The notes under the pieces are model-generated. The model was not told the origin of the DNA. It ran no database searches and worked only from the letters and a program-made list of their open reading frames with translations. The position numbers were made by a program, and so were the translations under genes. From Pelomyxa schiedti (lineage: Eukaryota > Protista > Evosea), in the NCBI GenBank assembly GCA_020536535.1, contig JAHLWZ010000801.1, positions 1 to 64,000 of the forward strand: DNA of 64,000 nucleotides. Reading direction: 5' to 3'. Positions 46,838 to 59,199 of this stretch are shown here, piece after piece (the first letter of the stretch is position 1; every line of letters starts with the position of its first letter).

Positions 46838-49800
46838 ATGGCATTCAGGCGACGCAGAGCCGGAAGTGCGACAACTGCAAAAGTGACTGAGGGTTCGTTG
46901 TCGCGATCTGTGACCGGCCCGCCGACTTTGTCTCGGATCTTGTCTTCGGCGTCATCATCTCCGACCTCGCCGTTCTCGTCTTCTCCGTCGTCGCGACTTC
47001 ATTCTGTTGGCTCTGCGACCACCAAGGAGCGTTCGTGCCACTTCAGCGACACAGACACGGACACAGAGAACATCGACCCGCATAACCCCTCTTCGGCACA
47101 GAAACGTAAGAATAGGAAGCGTGAGAAGAGCCCTTCATGTAGTTCCAGTGACAGTGATGCTTTACAAAAGAGTAGCAAAGATGTGTTTGATTTTGATGCG
47201 GGAATTGAGATGAAAGTGTCCCGCAAAAGACTTCCTCTCTGCCCAATTCGTCCCAACGTGAAAGAAACAAAACAAGAGGACCCTTTACTTAATGTGGAGG
47301 TCAAATCCAAAAAGAACAGAAGAAAGAACGAAACTTCAAACATTGACAAAAACCGTGGAAGTAATGTCACCCAAATTTTTAGTGCAAGGGATGCCAATGG
47401 GGGTAGTGCTTCTATTCCACCATCCACAAAAAGCACACCAAATTCAACACCTATTTTGCCAACTCCAGCCAGTCCCATTAAGCCACGTTCTCCATTGACT
47501 TTGAGGAGGAGATCAACTTCACTTCACCAATCACAGCAACCTGTTGTACCGCTTGAAACAGATAAACCAAGAAGCATTGAAATACAAGGTAATCTAGTTG
47601 CCATTTCTTTGTTGACTTCTCCAACCCCATGCACTTTTCAGTTACACAAGCAGACACACAGCCTCCAGTTTCGGATGTTAAAGTGGTACCCACAACAGAA
47701 ACCTTGCCTCGCTCTATTGAAAACTCTGGAGTTTCTTCTTCAACTCTCCCACCACAACAGGTCAACCTCAGCAACCAACTTCTAGACACATCAAAAGAAA
47801 AACCGTTCTCTTTGCCGGTTGGGTCCAATCCCGTTCTATCAACAGCCTCTTCACTCTCACCAACATCTCCATCACGCCGGCGTGTGTATAATCGATTTGG
47901 TCACACCGTTATATCTCCTGTATCACTACAACATATTCCAACTCCCACAACGCCAACCAAAGGACAACATGAATCCCCCACTCTATCTCCTGCAACACCA
48001 CCCAAGGGAACTCCAACTGTACCATCACAAGCACCTACCTTACTATCTTCTCCCCAGAAGAAAGATGTTGAGAGCACAGAAAATCAAAGTCCAACACCAA
48101 CTACTCCTCTAAGGCCTCATTCAGCTAGTGCAGGTCAGCAAGTTGTCCTAATAGGAATGAAAATTTGATATTAATGGTGAATAAGGGCTTGACAGAGGGT
48201 CTCCATTGCGAAGAAGATTGAGTGAGAGTGATTTGCTAGCTACACCTCCCCGTAGACTCCCTTTCACACCAAAAGACAAAGTAAGAAGCTTTTGAAAGGC
48301 TCCACTTAACCACACTTAGAGCCCTTTCTGCCTTGAAGATCCGACTACAAAAAACGCACACAAAGAAAAACCTTCCTCACAAAAAAGTAAACGTCCCCGG
48401 ATAACAAGAACCCTCTCACGGGTCAGACGGCGAAGTAGTTATGGAAGCGAATTTGAGGTATGTTTCCTGTCATCACTTCTTTCTAAACACTATATTAGGA
48501 AATTGATGAATCGGCATCATCCTTAGGAACTTCAGAACAGCAAAAAAATTTCCACCTTCTTGATGAAATTTCGTACCTTCTGGATGGCATAGAGATGGAA
48601 CGCCTTTCTGCTTGTCGTGCCAGGTTTTTTCCATTTTCATTTAATTTTTGTTAACGTTTTCGCTGAATCTCACACAGTTGCTGTAATTTTGTCAAACTAT
48701 GTAAGCATAGCACCAATGATGTAGGTCTCGTGCTGCGGGCCCACGGTTTGTTCGAAAAAATTTTTACATCTATTGATCATAAAGCTGCTGGTGATGAGGT
48801 AACAAAGTTAAAATAAAACAATTTAAAACCATGAAATGAAAGACTCTCTTCTTGTTCTAAAGGTGATGTCACTCTGTGCCGTTTCCGCTCTTTATTTTCT
48901 TTTGGGAGACCCTGCAAACCTATCCTATGCAAATGGGGATTGCCTTGCACTAGTAATAAAGGTCATTTTAAACTAAACCAGGTACATATTCAATTTACTC
49001 AGGTAGTCAAGCAACTACTTCTGTTGGGGTCTTTGAACAAAACCAGTCCCACACCAACGAATCCTCTGCATGTAGGCTCACCACCTTTGTCCCCTCCAAA
49101 AAAGAGGAAAAACTGGCTACTTTCTTGTGCCTGTGCCGATTCACCCCTAAAGCCTGTAACTGCTGGTGTTTATGAGGTTTTATTTCATCATCGTTGTAAG
49201 TTATGTGATACGATCTCCCTCAAAGCAGATTAGCCAAGTTCAGCAGTTATTTTCGAATCTCCCTCACAACTTCGAGGAGGTATGAAGGCACATTCTTCCA
49301 ACAGTCTGAAAATAACAATACAGATCACGGCGGGAGTTGTTGGGCTTGAGTGTCTACAACTAATTACAAGCTCACAAAAAAATCATTCTGTCAATGATGA
49401 GTGCCGAAAGTAAAGGGCCGTTACCCATCCACTAAAATAACGTACTTTCAGATGCGGTGCTCTAGAAGTGATACTGAGTGTGCTAAAAGGCTATAAAACA
49501 ACTTTGAAAAGTAGTTCTGATGTATGTCCCAGTGCAACTTTTTTTTCTTTTCAACAGTCACACAGAGGTGGACCAATCGCTCTTTTCTTTGGCAAGTAGA
49601 AAATTGTCTCAAGATTGTTGAAAACGTTACGTTCTTGAACTCTGAAAATCAACAAGTACTTGTTAGGGAAGGAGCAGTTGAGATACTGCTCAGTGTACTG
49701 GATGACAGCAAAAGCAGAGGTATCTATCTCTGAAAGAGACCATATGCAGAAGTTCCAACCTTCTTCCACTTACAATACCCAAAAAGTACAGACAATTACA

Positions 49801-50591
49801 ATTGCAATACTCAAAGCATTGATCAATCTTACGGAGGGCAATGAAACAGCCGCGAGCCCGTTTTATGGCAACCCACAAAGCTTGGATTTAGTAGTAAGTG
49901 ATCTCAATGACTCGATAGTACTCAGAACCAATTAGTCGGGGTTATTGTCCCTGCAATACCCTCCAAACTGCAATACACATGACATACGTGTACTTACACT
50001 AGGGCTTCTCATAAACTTGGCTGAAGGTAACCCACACATACGAGAAGCAACGATAAAAACAAGTACGCTTTGGGTGAAGAGGAGGAAATATGATAGATAA
50101 TGCCACACAACGTAGAAGTTGGACAGAAACCTCTTATGCCTTCCATTGTTGATATTTTCTTGGAGAACTGCACCACAACATCTTCCGAGGTGATGCAACA
50201 ACCTTTTGTCCAAGTACTAAATTTGCTTGCTTAGGAGATACCCCAGGAGAACCGGGTTCTAGCATCCTACGCCGCGCTCCTCGTTGGTTGCCTTGTACAG
50301 CAACACCCAAAGAACTGCAGCCTAGCCCTTGAAGCCCTGCCCACACACTCCTTCACCCACCTCACGGCCTTCCTGCGGGAGTTTGTGGAGTGGCAGGACA
50401 AGACCGGCATACTCACGCACAAAGCCAAACTGTCCTGCACCGAAGTGCTCAAAGTGCTCACCGACGCATCAGCAACAGCAACCACCGCAAGCTCACAACC
50501 CACTGACAACGAACCCATCATCACTTCAACCACAAGTACGGGTGTGAATTCCCAGCAGGAACAAAAACTCGCCGCGCCACGAAAGTCGTAG
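46838..50591 (+). CDS. WAPL: WAPL (wings apart-like) cohesin release factor
   Basis: Disordered S/T/P-rich N-terminus; LLDEISYLLDGI; LVLRAHGL; ENCLKIVENVTFLNSENQ; ILKALINLTEGN; DIRVLTLGLLINLAEGN; LASYAALLVGCL, in WAPL-domain order. Confidence 0.85.
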
Positions 50592-50929
50592 CAGGAAAGC
50601 AAAGTTGCCCTGCAAGGAAACCACAACCAAAATGATGGTTAGGCTAAATCTCATATTTCACACCGCGGGAAACTACAAAAATAAAACACCCGAAATCCAA
50701 ACTGGAAGAAAAAAGCAAAAAGCAAAATCACATTTGAAAACAATCAGTGCCGCTGCCCCATCACGCGTACGGGATTACCGGATCTGTCGGTGTAGCGGCC
50801 TCAGACACACAAGATAACAAGCAACGACGATCTGCCGTCGTGTTGTTGTGGTTCGTGCTTGTCCTTTTCCCCTTTTTTTGGTTTTTTTTTCCACCCCTTT
50901 CATTTCCTCATAAGATACTACAGTAGGAA

Positions 50930-53900
50930 ATGCAGCCCTCCAAAGACGATGCTTCACGTATTCAAGTATTTTCCTATTTTATTGTGATTTCTTTGGCACT
51001 TAATTATTCAAGTCCCGTGGCGTGAGTGGTTCCCCACATTCAATGGTATCTTTCCCATGTTTTCAGCTCTTTAGATGAAAATAATTTAAACAGAATCTAT
51101 CTTCCTTGATGAATATGCCCCCACATAACCTCCAGCAACAAATTCAAAACCTCCAAATGCAGCAACTACTACACTTACAACAATCACCTCAACAACCTAG
51201 CTTTAACACACAACAAAACCCCACATCCGGGGGGTTTTCTCTATTGGCTCCATCCACCCCTGCTGTCATTAACGAGATAGCACAATTACTTTCATCATCT
51301 CAACCTCAAAATCTACAACCAACCTTTCAGTTTGGAGGCTCCAGTAACGTTAGTACCCCAATAACCAATCCCCCATCACAACAATACATGGTTTCTACAG
51401 CAGTACCGTTTTCAATGAACCTACAAAACACACCATCAGCACAGTCTCTCACACCAACCCCAAATAGTACACCATCTTCAACACCCCCTGTTAGTGGCAG
51501 TGGTGTGAATTTGAGTGCTCTTCTCGGAATGATGAACATGCCAGGAGTCTTATCGGCAACAAACACGGGACTCGGCAATATGAACTTAGGAAATTTGGGA
51601 TTGGCTGGCTTAATGGGTAATAGTGGAGTTGGACACTTGTCTGGATTGGGCACCCCTGCAATGGGAAGCATGCCTGCGTTGCATACTCCCAATCCAATGA
51701 ACTTGCCTATGGGTCTGGGAAATTTTGGTACCAGTGGGCTTTCTTCACTGACTGGGCTTTCTTCACTAACTGGGCTGCCACCCATGGGTGGTTTGTCACC
51801 CGGAAACGTGGGTGCATTGGGATCAGTGGGCAACTTACCCATGGGAGGACTTGGCCTTGGAAGTGGACTTCAAATGGAAAGTGGAACAAACAATGGCGGT
51901 AATCCAGGATTTCCTCCAAGCCTTTCCAGTCTGGGAACGATAAACAACTCTCCTGGAGACACCACTGCTTCCAGACTTCTTCAAACAAGCAACATGAATA
52001 ATGTTCTTGGTAGTTTAAGGAATCTTTTTGGAAATGATGCTCCTTCGTTACTTGCATTCTTGGGGACATTACAAGTACCATACTACTATCTTTAGCAGTT
52101 GCATTTAACCTTTTCCAAGCCGCCTTTGGGAAACGATTCATCCTCTGGAACACATCCAGAAGGGGACCTTGTGGTAAATTCATCTTCCAAAAATCCACAG
52201 TACAATAAATAAGACTTCATGCAGGCCCCTCCCCGTAAAGTTGTAAGACTTCCTGAAATGCAAGATGTGACACACCCCCACTCAACCTCAGGAACCCCCA
52301 GCAATTCCACTGTGTCATCTATCCAATCCAATGCAACCGATTCTCAATTAAATAGTGCTGCCACTCCCTTACCTTCACAGCAGTTGCTTCAACAACTGCA
52401 TTCTCCATCAAGTAGTGATATTACAACACCTACATTCCCGGAATCTTCTCCGGAGTTCGACAGTACATGGAATGGCCTACCGGATCTGCCTGGTGCTCCA
52501 GCTGCGTTGGGTCTCAACAGCCCCGATTTAGTCAATGGTATCTGCCCAACAATACTCAATATTCACCTCTCTCAGCATTACAACGTGGCGTATCTCATCC
52601 CGGAGGGTTAGCTCCGGTATTACAGCAAGCACAGGCTTTAAGCATGACAATGGGGCTGACTATGCCAAGTGGATCATCTCCCCTTCAGCAGTCCGGAACC
52701 CCACTAGTGACAAGTGGTATTCTTATCTTATTTCCATGAAACATTGTTTATATTGATGCAGAGCCTCTCAACGACGAGCAACTCCAGCAAATTTATCACG
52801 AGGTGGAGCACAAACTTCATTCTGGGAACAACTGTGTACTTCATCTTAGCACCACTAAAATTCATCGAGACAAAAGCTTCCAGGTAAACCGCACTCCCAC
52901 AGCAGAAATCTAGGTTGATCCCGCAATAAGGTCCACCTTATCATGAGCTCTGAGTATCGAACGCAACATGGTCTCACAGACGAGAAAATTTTTGAGCAAT
53001 GTGTAAGAAACATGAAAACCTGCAAAGAAGGAACCAATGAGGGTATCGAGCCAAAACGTGCGCATCAGTTTTAATAAGATTTGCAGCCGTGCACTGCCCG
53101 ATTTGTTCCTCTACATCTGGAAAGCTTATCACCCTCAAAGCATCTAGTAAAAAAGTCTTTGAAGCTGCAAGAATGCCCAATGGCTATGTGTGTTGCACAT
53201 TGGATCGTTGTAAAAGTCACTGCTCATCCTCCAGGTTTTTCCAATTTTATCACTTGGACATACCCGACTGAACACGTAAAATAAATAGTGAACATCTGCA
53301 ATCCACCGTTCAACTAGTACTTGAACTTCCGGGGAATGAAGTAGTTCGCAGCCCTCCGTTCTCTCTAGAGAAAGGGAGATCAATAAGTATACTACTATAG
53401 AATGTACTGATTGCGCATCTTACTTCAAAAGGAAATGGCTCCCCAGTGGTGTCCCTAGCAGCAAATGCACAGCAAGTAGGTTCCTCGACTCAACTCACTC
53501 AACCTCAGCAGACGGGCCAACAGGCTCTACCACAACTGCAATCCCTTCAATCACTCTCTAATTCCAACCAAATGGGCCTGGCAATTGGCTTCCCTTCACC
53601 AGACAAAGTTTTACAAATTGGTGAGCCAAAAAATAGGCGTGAGGGTGCTTCTCCCATCAAGCTAATTTCATGCACCAGATTTGAAAGTGATGGTAAGAGT
53701 GAGTTCAACGAAACTCACCACCAATCAGGCTGCTGACTTTTCATCCCACTGGCTCAACTACCTCAATGCACTTCCAGGGTACTGTGATTTCACATACAAG
53801 CTCCTACCCGGTAAATCCTACCTTGAAGTCCCAATTAAACTCTAACAGTCTCTACCTCTAGGTCTTGGTACCACCTTCACCACTTTCAATTCCGCTGCCG

Positions 53901-54080
53901 CCGCAAATGAGGGAACACAACTTGCTGACAAGTACATCAAGAACGAGAAGAAGAATCTGTGGGATATGGACTTAACCGTACAAGGGTGGATTGTTTGCTT
54001 GTGCGTTTGCTCATGTTGGTAAATGTTCATAATTGAGAAAGTTGTATCCTTTTCCAGAACACTTATTTCTTTTTGTTCTT
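50930..54080 (+). CDS. CudA-like transcription regulator (long Q/S/G/N/L low-complexity N-terminus plus CudA-type core), tentative
   Basis: Spliced core VHCPICSSTSGKLITLK...CTLDRCKSHCSSSSEHLQSTVQLVLELPGNEVVRSPPFSL resembles the amoebozoan CudA DNA-binding core as recalled from memory. 3' end approximate. Confidence 0.5.
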
Positions 54081-54088
54081 GATTCTTG

Positions 54089-57000
54089 TTATGGTACACA
54101 CTGTTGGGCCATGGAGGGCAGTTGTTGCCTTAGAAACTCCATCACAGACACGTCAGAGAAAGCCACCAATTCCTCAGGTGTGGCTGGAGGGTAATTTACA
54201 GCCGCTCTTGGAGCAAAGCATGTGTGGTTCAGGGCTTCTTGTGCCGTGGGCCTATGTGTGGGTGCAAACCAGAGTAGCCGCTCTAGTAGAGCAATAAGGT
54301 CGGCGGGGTACTGCTGGAAGGCTGGAAGCCTAGACAGGCCGGAAAATCCATGAGAAGTGCAGCACTGCAGAACGGGGAATGCTTGTGAGTACTGCTTGGT
54401 GGCTGCAAACCCAAGTGACTTTGGAAAGAATATGTTAGTTGTGAGTACAGTGGAATGGGAGCAAACTTGCGCTGCAGCTACACTGAATAGTGCTCTACCC
54501 ATAAGCATTTCACCTAGAATGCACCCAGCAGCCCACATGTCAGCACTCTTCCACTGTACCGGCATTGAAGGTGTATTGAGGACCTCCGGGGGGTGGTAGC
54601 GAGTACAAGGCGGCGGCGATCCCTGACCATATTGAAGTTGTGGCAAACAAAGAGCATGGTCGAAAGAACAAATAACTGCCGGTGCGGAGTCACTGAGGTT
54701 CGTAGTGCTTAAAAATACTGCTGATGGCCTTAGCGAGCGATGTACCTGAGGAAGGGTAAGGATCTCATGTACGCCGATTTTTGTTGAAATGCATACAACT
54801 TCACGAGAATGTAAATAGCTCAAAGCGTGTAAAATATGGTTTGTGATGAGAACCTTTTGCTCAAAAGAGAGACGATTTTGGCGGATCAAGAAGTCGAGGT
54901 CGTATTTATAATATGGAAATGACACATAGATGTAGTCCTGGGATTCTTGTCAAAGACACTTGGGTTTTTTTAATAGAAATCATGAGAAGGCTCACATTTG
55001 GAGTCTGTACAAGGGAGACTATTTTTACAATGGATTTATGAGATAGTTTGTGCAGGAACATTGGATAACTGTTTAGAATGATTTAAGGTTAGGAGAGTGC
55101 TGAAAGGAGAGTGTTCTCAACCGAAATGCGTTCATCAATTCTTGCTGCTTGTACGGTAAAGGAGGAAGAGGAAGCTTCTTCAGTGACACAGACGCGTTAG
55201 AGTATCTGTAACCAGAATCAAAGGGTTTTTCAATTTAGCACATATACAAAACACTCCCAATGATCAAGAGAATCATACCACATACTGTTTTTTAGATGCT
55301 CTGAAGAAAGTCATATCCTGCATTCAAATTAAATCGAATCAGAATTGTATGCAAAAAATACTGTTGTTTCACCCAGCTGTTCGTGAAGAGTATATTGATC
55401 TATTGAGGTGATGAACTCTCCACTCGCAGAAGATGTCATCACTGAGGCGGTCATTGGTGGGACCCATGAATACACGAATTTCATAAAACTATCTTTGTTT
55501 TCCCCCGTAGTACTAGTAAGACAAAGAGCCAGAATACAATGAAACTACCTCCCCATCCACTAGTACTTTCAGTTGATTTAGTCGTTTTCGAGCAAGAAAT
55601 GTTTGATTGTAATGGTAGTGACTGAGACTGTACCTGCTGCGATAAAACTCGATTTTGTTCCGACTAGAATTGTTTGTTAGTTGCTGATATTACGAGTAAA
55701 GGCTTACCACATGCTCGATGACAGCCTCCTTTCTATTGAGCTCAGCCTGCATCTGAGAATACTAGGAAACTGATTAAGAAAAATTGACTATTTCTGGATG
55801 CAGTTACGGCTGCTTTTTGTTGTTCCAGCAGTAACTCAAATTGAGCTCTTTCTTGGGCAGCTTTTGCTTTCTCTATCTCTAGTTGTTGTTCGAGAAATGC
55901 TTTTTGTTCAATTCCCTCTTGTGCCTAAGCAAAAGGTTAGGTGTTGTGGCACTTGCATGAGTTTGACAACCAACTTTCGTTGGGCTAAAAAGGTCCTTTC
56001 TAATTCTTCATTCTCAGCATTTAGTCGTTGCAATTCAGTTTGAGCCTTATTTTTACCGTTGGTATTGCTTTTACAGCACATATATAGATAACCAGCATAG
56101 CACTAGCGCGTTCTGTTTCTAATTCTTTTTCTAGATTGACTTTGGCACTTTGAAGCTGTTCCAATTGGCCAAGAGACTGGTATCATTAGTGATTAGGGAC
56201 AAGATTATCATAGGAAGGCCACACAGTTGCTCTGTCCTGCTCAACGGTTTCTGCATTCCGCCTAATCAGGTCCAACTCTCTTTGAAGCTACAACTTTGGG
56301 GTTATTGTTCGTAGGATGAGTGATTTGACACATGCCGCAAGGCGTTCTTCTTCTGCCTCCTGTGTCATTTTCAGTGTTTGTGCTTGCAAGTTTTGCAGCT
56401 GTGCTTCTATCTTTGGGGTGGTGATTAGTGACCCTAGAACTGTAGGGTACGTGCATTTGCTTTCTCTTGCTCAAAACGTAGCTTGGATGCCTGAACAGAT
56501 TCTAGTTGGGTTTGGAGTTGTAATCTTTCTTGTTCACCGGAATTGCGAATTCCTTCTTCCTGTGAATAATAGAAGTAAGCCTATTTTAACGGAAAAAAAG
56601 AATGCCAAAACCAGTGTTCTCTCTCTTTCCAGCAATTGTTCCAAATTCCCCTTCTCACGTCTTAGTTGCTCAAATTCTTGCTTCTGTTTCTCAAAAACTC
56701 TGTACTGCTCGCGATTCAACCTTTGGGATTCGAACCATTTGTCCAGAGCCTCTTTCTCTTTCCTTCGGAGATCATCTCTTTCTTTTTCCAGTCGTTGCAG
56801 TTGCTGTGCAAGAACATTTGCCGAGTCTTGTTTTTCAGCTTGAAGCCGTTTCTTTTCATTTTCAAGCTTCTGGCAGGCATTGAGGGATTCTTGGTGTTGT
56901 CTCGTGGCAATTTCTGTCTGAAGAGCTCGTTCCCTGAGCCTCCTGAAAAGAAGTTGGACAAAGAATTTCTGTGACTCTCTGGTCAAACCTGATTAGCTCC

Positions 57001-57960
57001 AAAATTTCATTGGTTACAGTGGCTTTGTTCTGTGTTCTGGGATGGAGTGAGTACAAAAAAAAGGAATGTCTGTAGAGCACACAGTTCCTCAATGTGTCGC
57101 AGGGAATATTCTACAGTAAGATCGTCTAATGTACATTCTTTGCTACACACAGGACATTTGTGCGTCACTGGGATGCACTGCCGTATACACTCAGAACAAA
57201 AAGAGTGCCCACATTTGAGTATTTCCGCCTTTCTCTGCACCACAACGTCCCAGTCAGTATTGAATGTACATAGTTGAATATCCCCAAATTTAACATTTTG
57301 AAAAAAAAAAAAAAAAAAGTTGAGTGTTAGGGAATACAGATAACTTTACAAAGAAAAGGAAATGAAATCACAAGTGAGGTAAATTACCAGTGGCCCAACA
57401 CACAATATGCACTCCAGGGATTCCGCGGGGCTCAACTTTGCTTTCACGTTGGTCGATGTTGCCAGTAGCATTAAGTCACCCCCAACTGAATTATTCGCGG
57501 CACCACTGGAATTACCCCCCATCCCCATTCCCATAATCGTAGTGCTAGTGCTAGTGGTCGACATCGTGGCTGCGGGGCTTACTGTAGTAGCAGCAGCAGC
57601 CGACTGGGGCGCCGTGGTTGCGGCAGCGAGAAAGGGGGGACGCGAGGGGGGCAGCGGCGAGGTAGAGGGGGAGGACCTGCCGGACGAGGCGGATTGGTAC
57701 TGGGGCGGGGGCGGCCGCGCGGACGGGGAGGCGGAAGGGAGGGGAGGGGCGGCCCGAGAAAGCGGGGCCCCGGGGGCCAAGGGGGAGGAGGACAGCGAGG
57801 AAGGGGGCGGCGGGGGAGGCCGCAGGGACGAGAGCTGCTGCTGCTGGGGAGGAAGGAGCAAAAGAGACGAGACTCCCGACCCAGGCCTAAGTTGTGGCGG
57901 GTAGATTGGTGGTTGTGAGGTTGGTGGCGGCGGTGTGGCGGCTGAGGGCGGGTCTGCCAT
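54089..57960 (-). CDS. RING finger - coiled coil - CMGC/MAPK-like pseudokinase
   Basis: RING: LECILC...LKCGHSFCSECI...CPVC. Coiled-coil exons at 55.7-57 kb. Kinase fold: VSLKKL, ILHALSYLHS, VHRSLRPSAVFL, ICSFDHA, TRYHPPEVL, ADMWAAGCILGEML, LLERLLWFAPTHRPTAQEALNH. Confidence 0.8.
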
Positions 57961-59199
57961 TGGTTTAAACCAACTTAGGTGTTTTCTGCGAAATCAGATG
58001 GTCTGAGCCTCTATCTTGTGCTCTTGCCCCAGTTTTCCAAAAAAGCAACAATTTATACAGTATAAAAAGCAGCAATACCCAAACAAGGTCATTACAATGG
58101 AATGAGGTTTGAGTATTTTGGAGGTATCACTGGTGGGCTTTCTTGTGGAAGGGATCAAAAAGTCCTCGTCAGAGTCACAACAGTCATAGACTTCGTGGGT
58201 TTTCACAAGAATAGAATCCATCCTCTTACATCCTCTCTGCTGGAAATATCAGTTGGGATTTTGATGTGGAAGATACCAGACCAGACTTCTTCGATTTGCC
58301 CAAGAATGTCGCATCATCACACAGCACCAGGGTTCTTGACTTGCCCTAGAATTTCTCATCATCATGACAGCTGACAGTAAAATGTTGGGACTCACACTTT
58401 TAATTTTTTGGGTCTTTGGATCTTGCCATGTGATGCTCCTCAGACACTGGAAAGACCACGAAATTGTAGAACGTGTCTGGTCCCGATGTGGTCCAGACAT
58501 TTCAGAATTTTCCCTTCACAGGGCACAGAGAACCAGGACCTTTTCTGCCCCGTTGATGCCAAAAAGTGTGAGTCCCAAATGTCTGTCTACAATCTCTCTA
58601 CACATAATTTCGTTAATAGACATCCTTCGACTGGGTTTTGAAGGTTTGGTTTAGCGGCATCGGAATAATATTGCTGCAACCCACATTCTCTGAGACCTCA
58701 CATAACCCACTTGGCTGGGGGGGGCTAATTGCAATTCTGGACAAATGTTGGAACCCCAAAAGCCAAGGCAAGCCAAGATAACCAAAGTCTGCTGTTTCTG
58801 CATCAGCTTGCATCAGCTGGGTTCAGCTGCACCAGCTACTGGAGGAATCGCAATGCTATGCGCACATCACGTGTCCCGCTTCTGAAACAGGCAAGTGTGT
58901 GCATTCAACACCCAAAAACCTGGTTGTCAAAGGATGGGTGGGGTGACAGCCAAGGGTAACAAAAGAGCAGTTGACAGCTTGGCAAAGCCAGAGAAAAGAG
59001 AAACTTGTCTCAGCGTATTCCAAGAGCAAAAACAGGAATCGCGGAGACGGCTCGACACAGGGTCACGAGTTTTTTGTTTCCACGATGATGACACTTTTTT
59101 TCGCGAACCAAACGCAATTTTTTCCCAAAAAAACAAAGAGACGAAACCTCTTGGGGGGGTGTGCGACCAACAACACAGGCAAACGACTACCAAGAGAGA

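Noticed and set aside
4032-57995. Recurring CGAAATC/GAAATCG word upstream of several genes (4032, 4070, 8304, 18373, 25954, 50691, 57989)
   Set aside because: It also occurs inside coding regions, and a 7-mer is expected several times in 64 kb on two strands. It cannot be separated from chance without an enrichment test.
57994-58960. Short ORFs and a degenerate ~24-bp direct repeat between the RING-pseudokinase and NT-C2 genes
   Set aside because: All frames are interrupted and no motif was recognised, so no feature can be supported.
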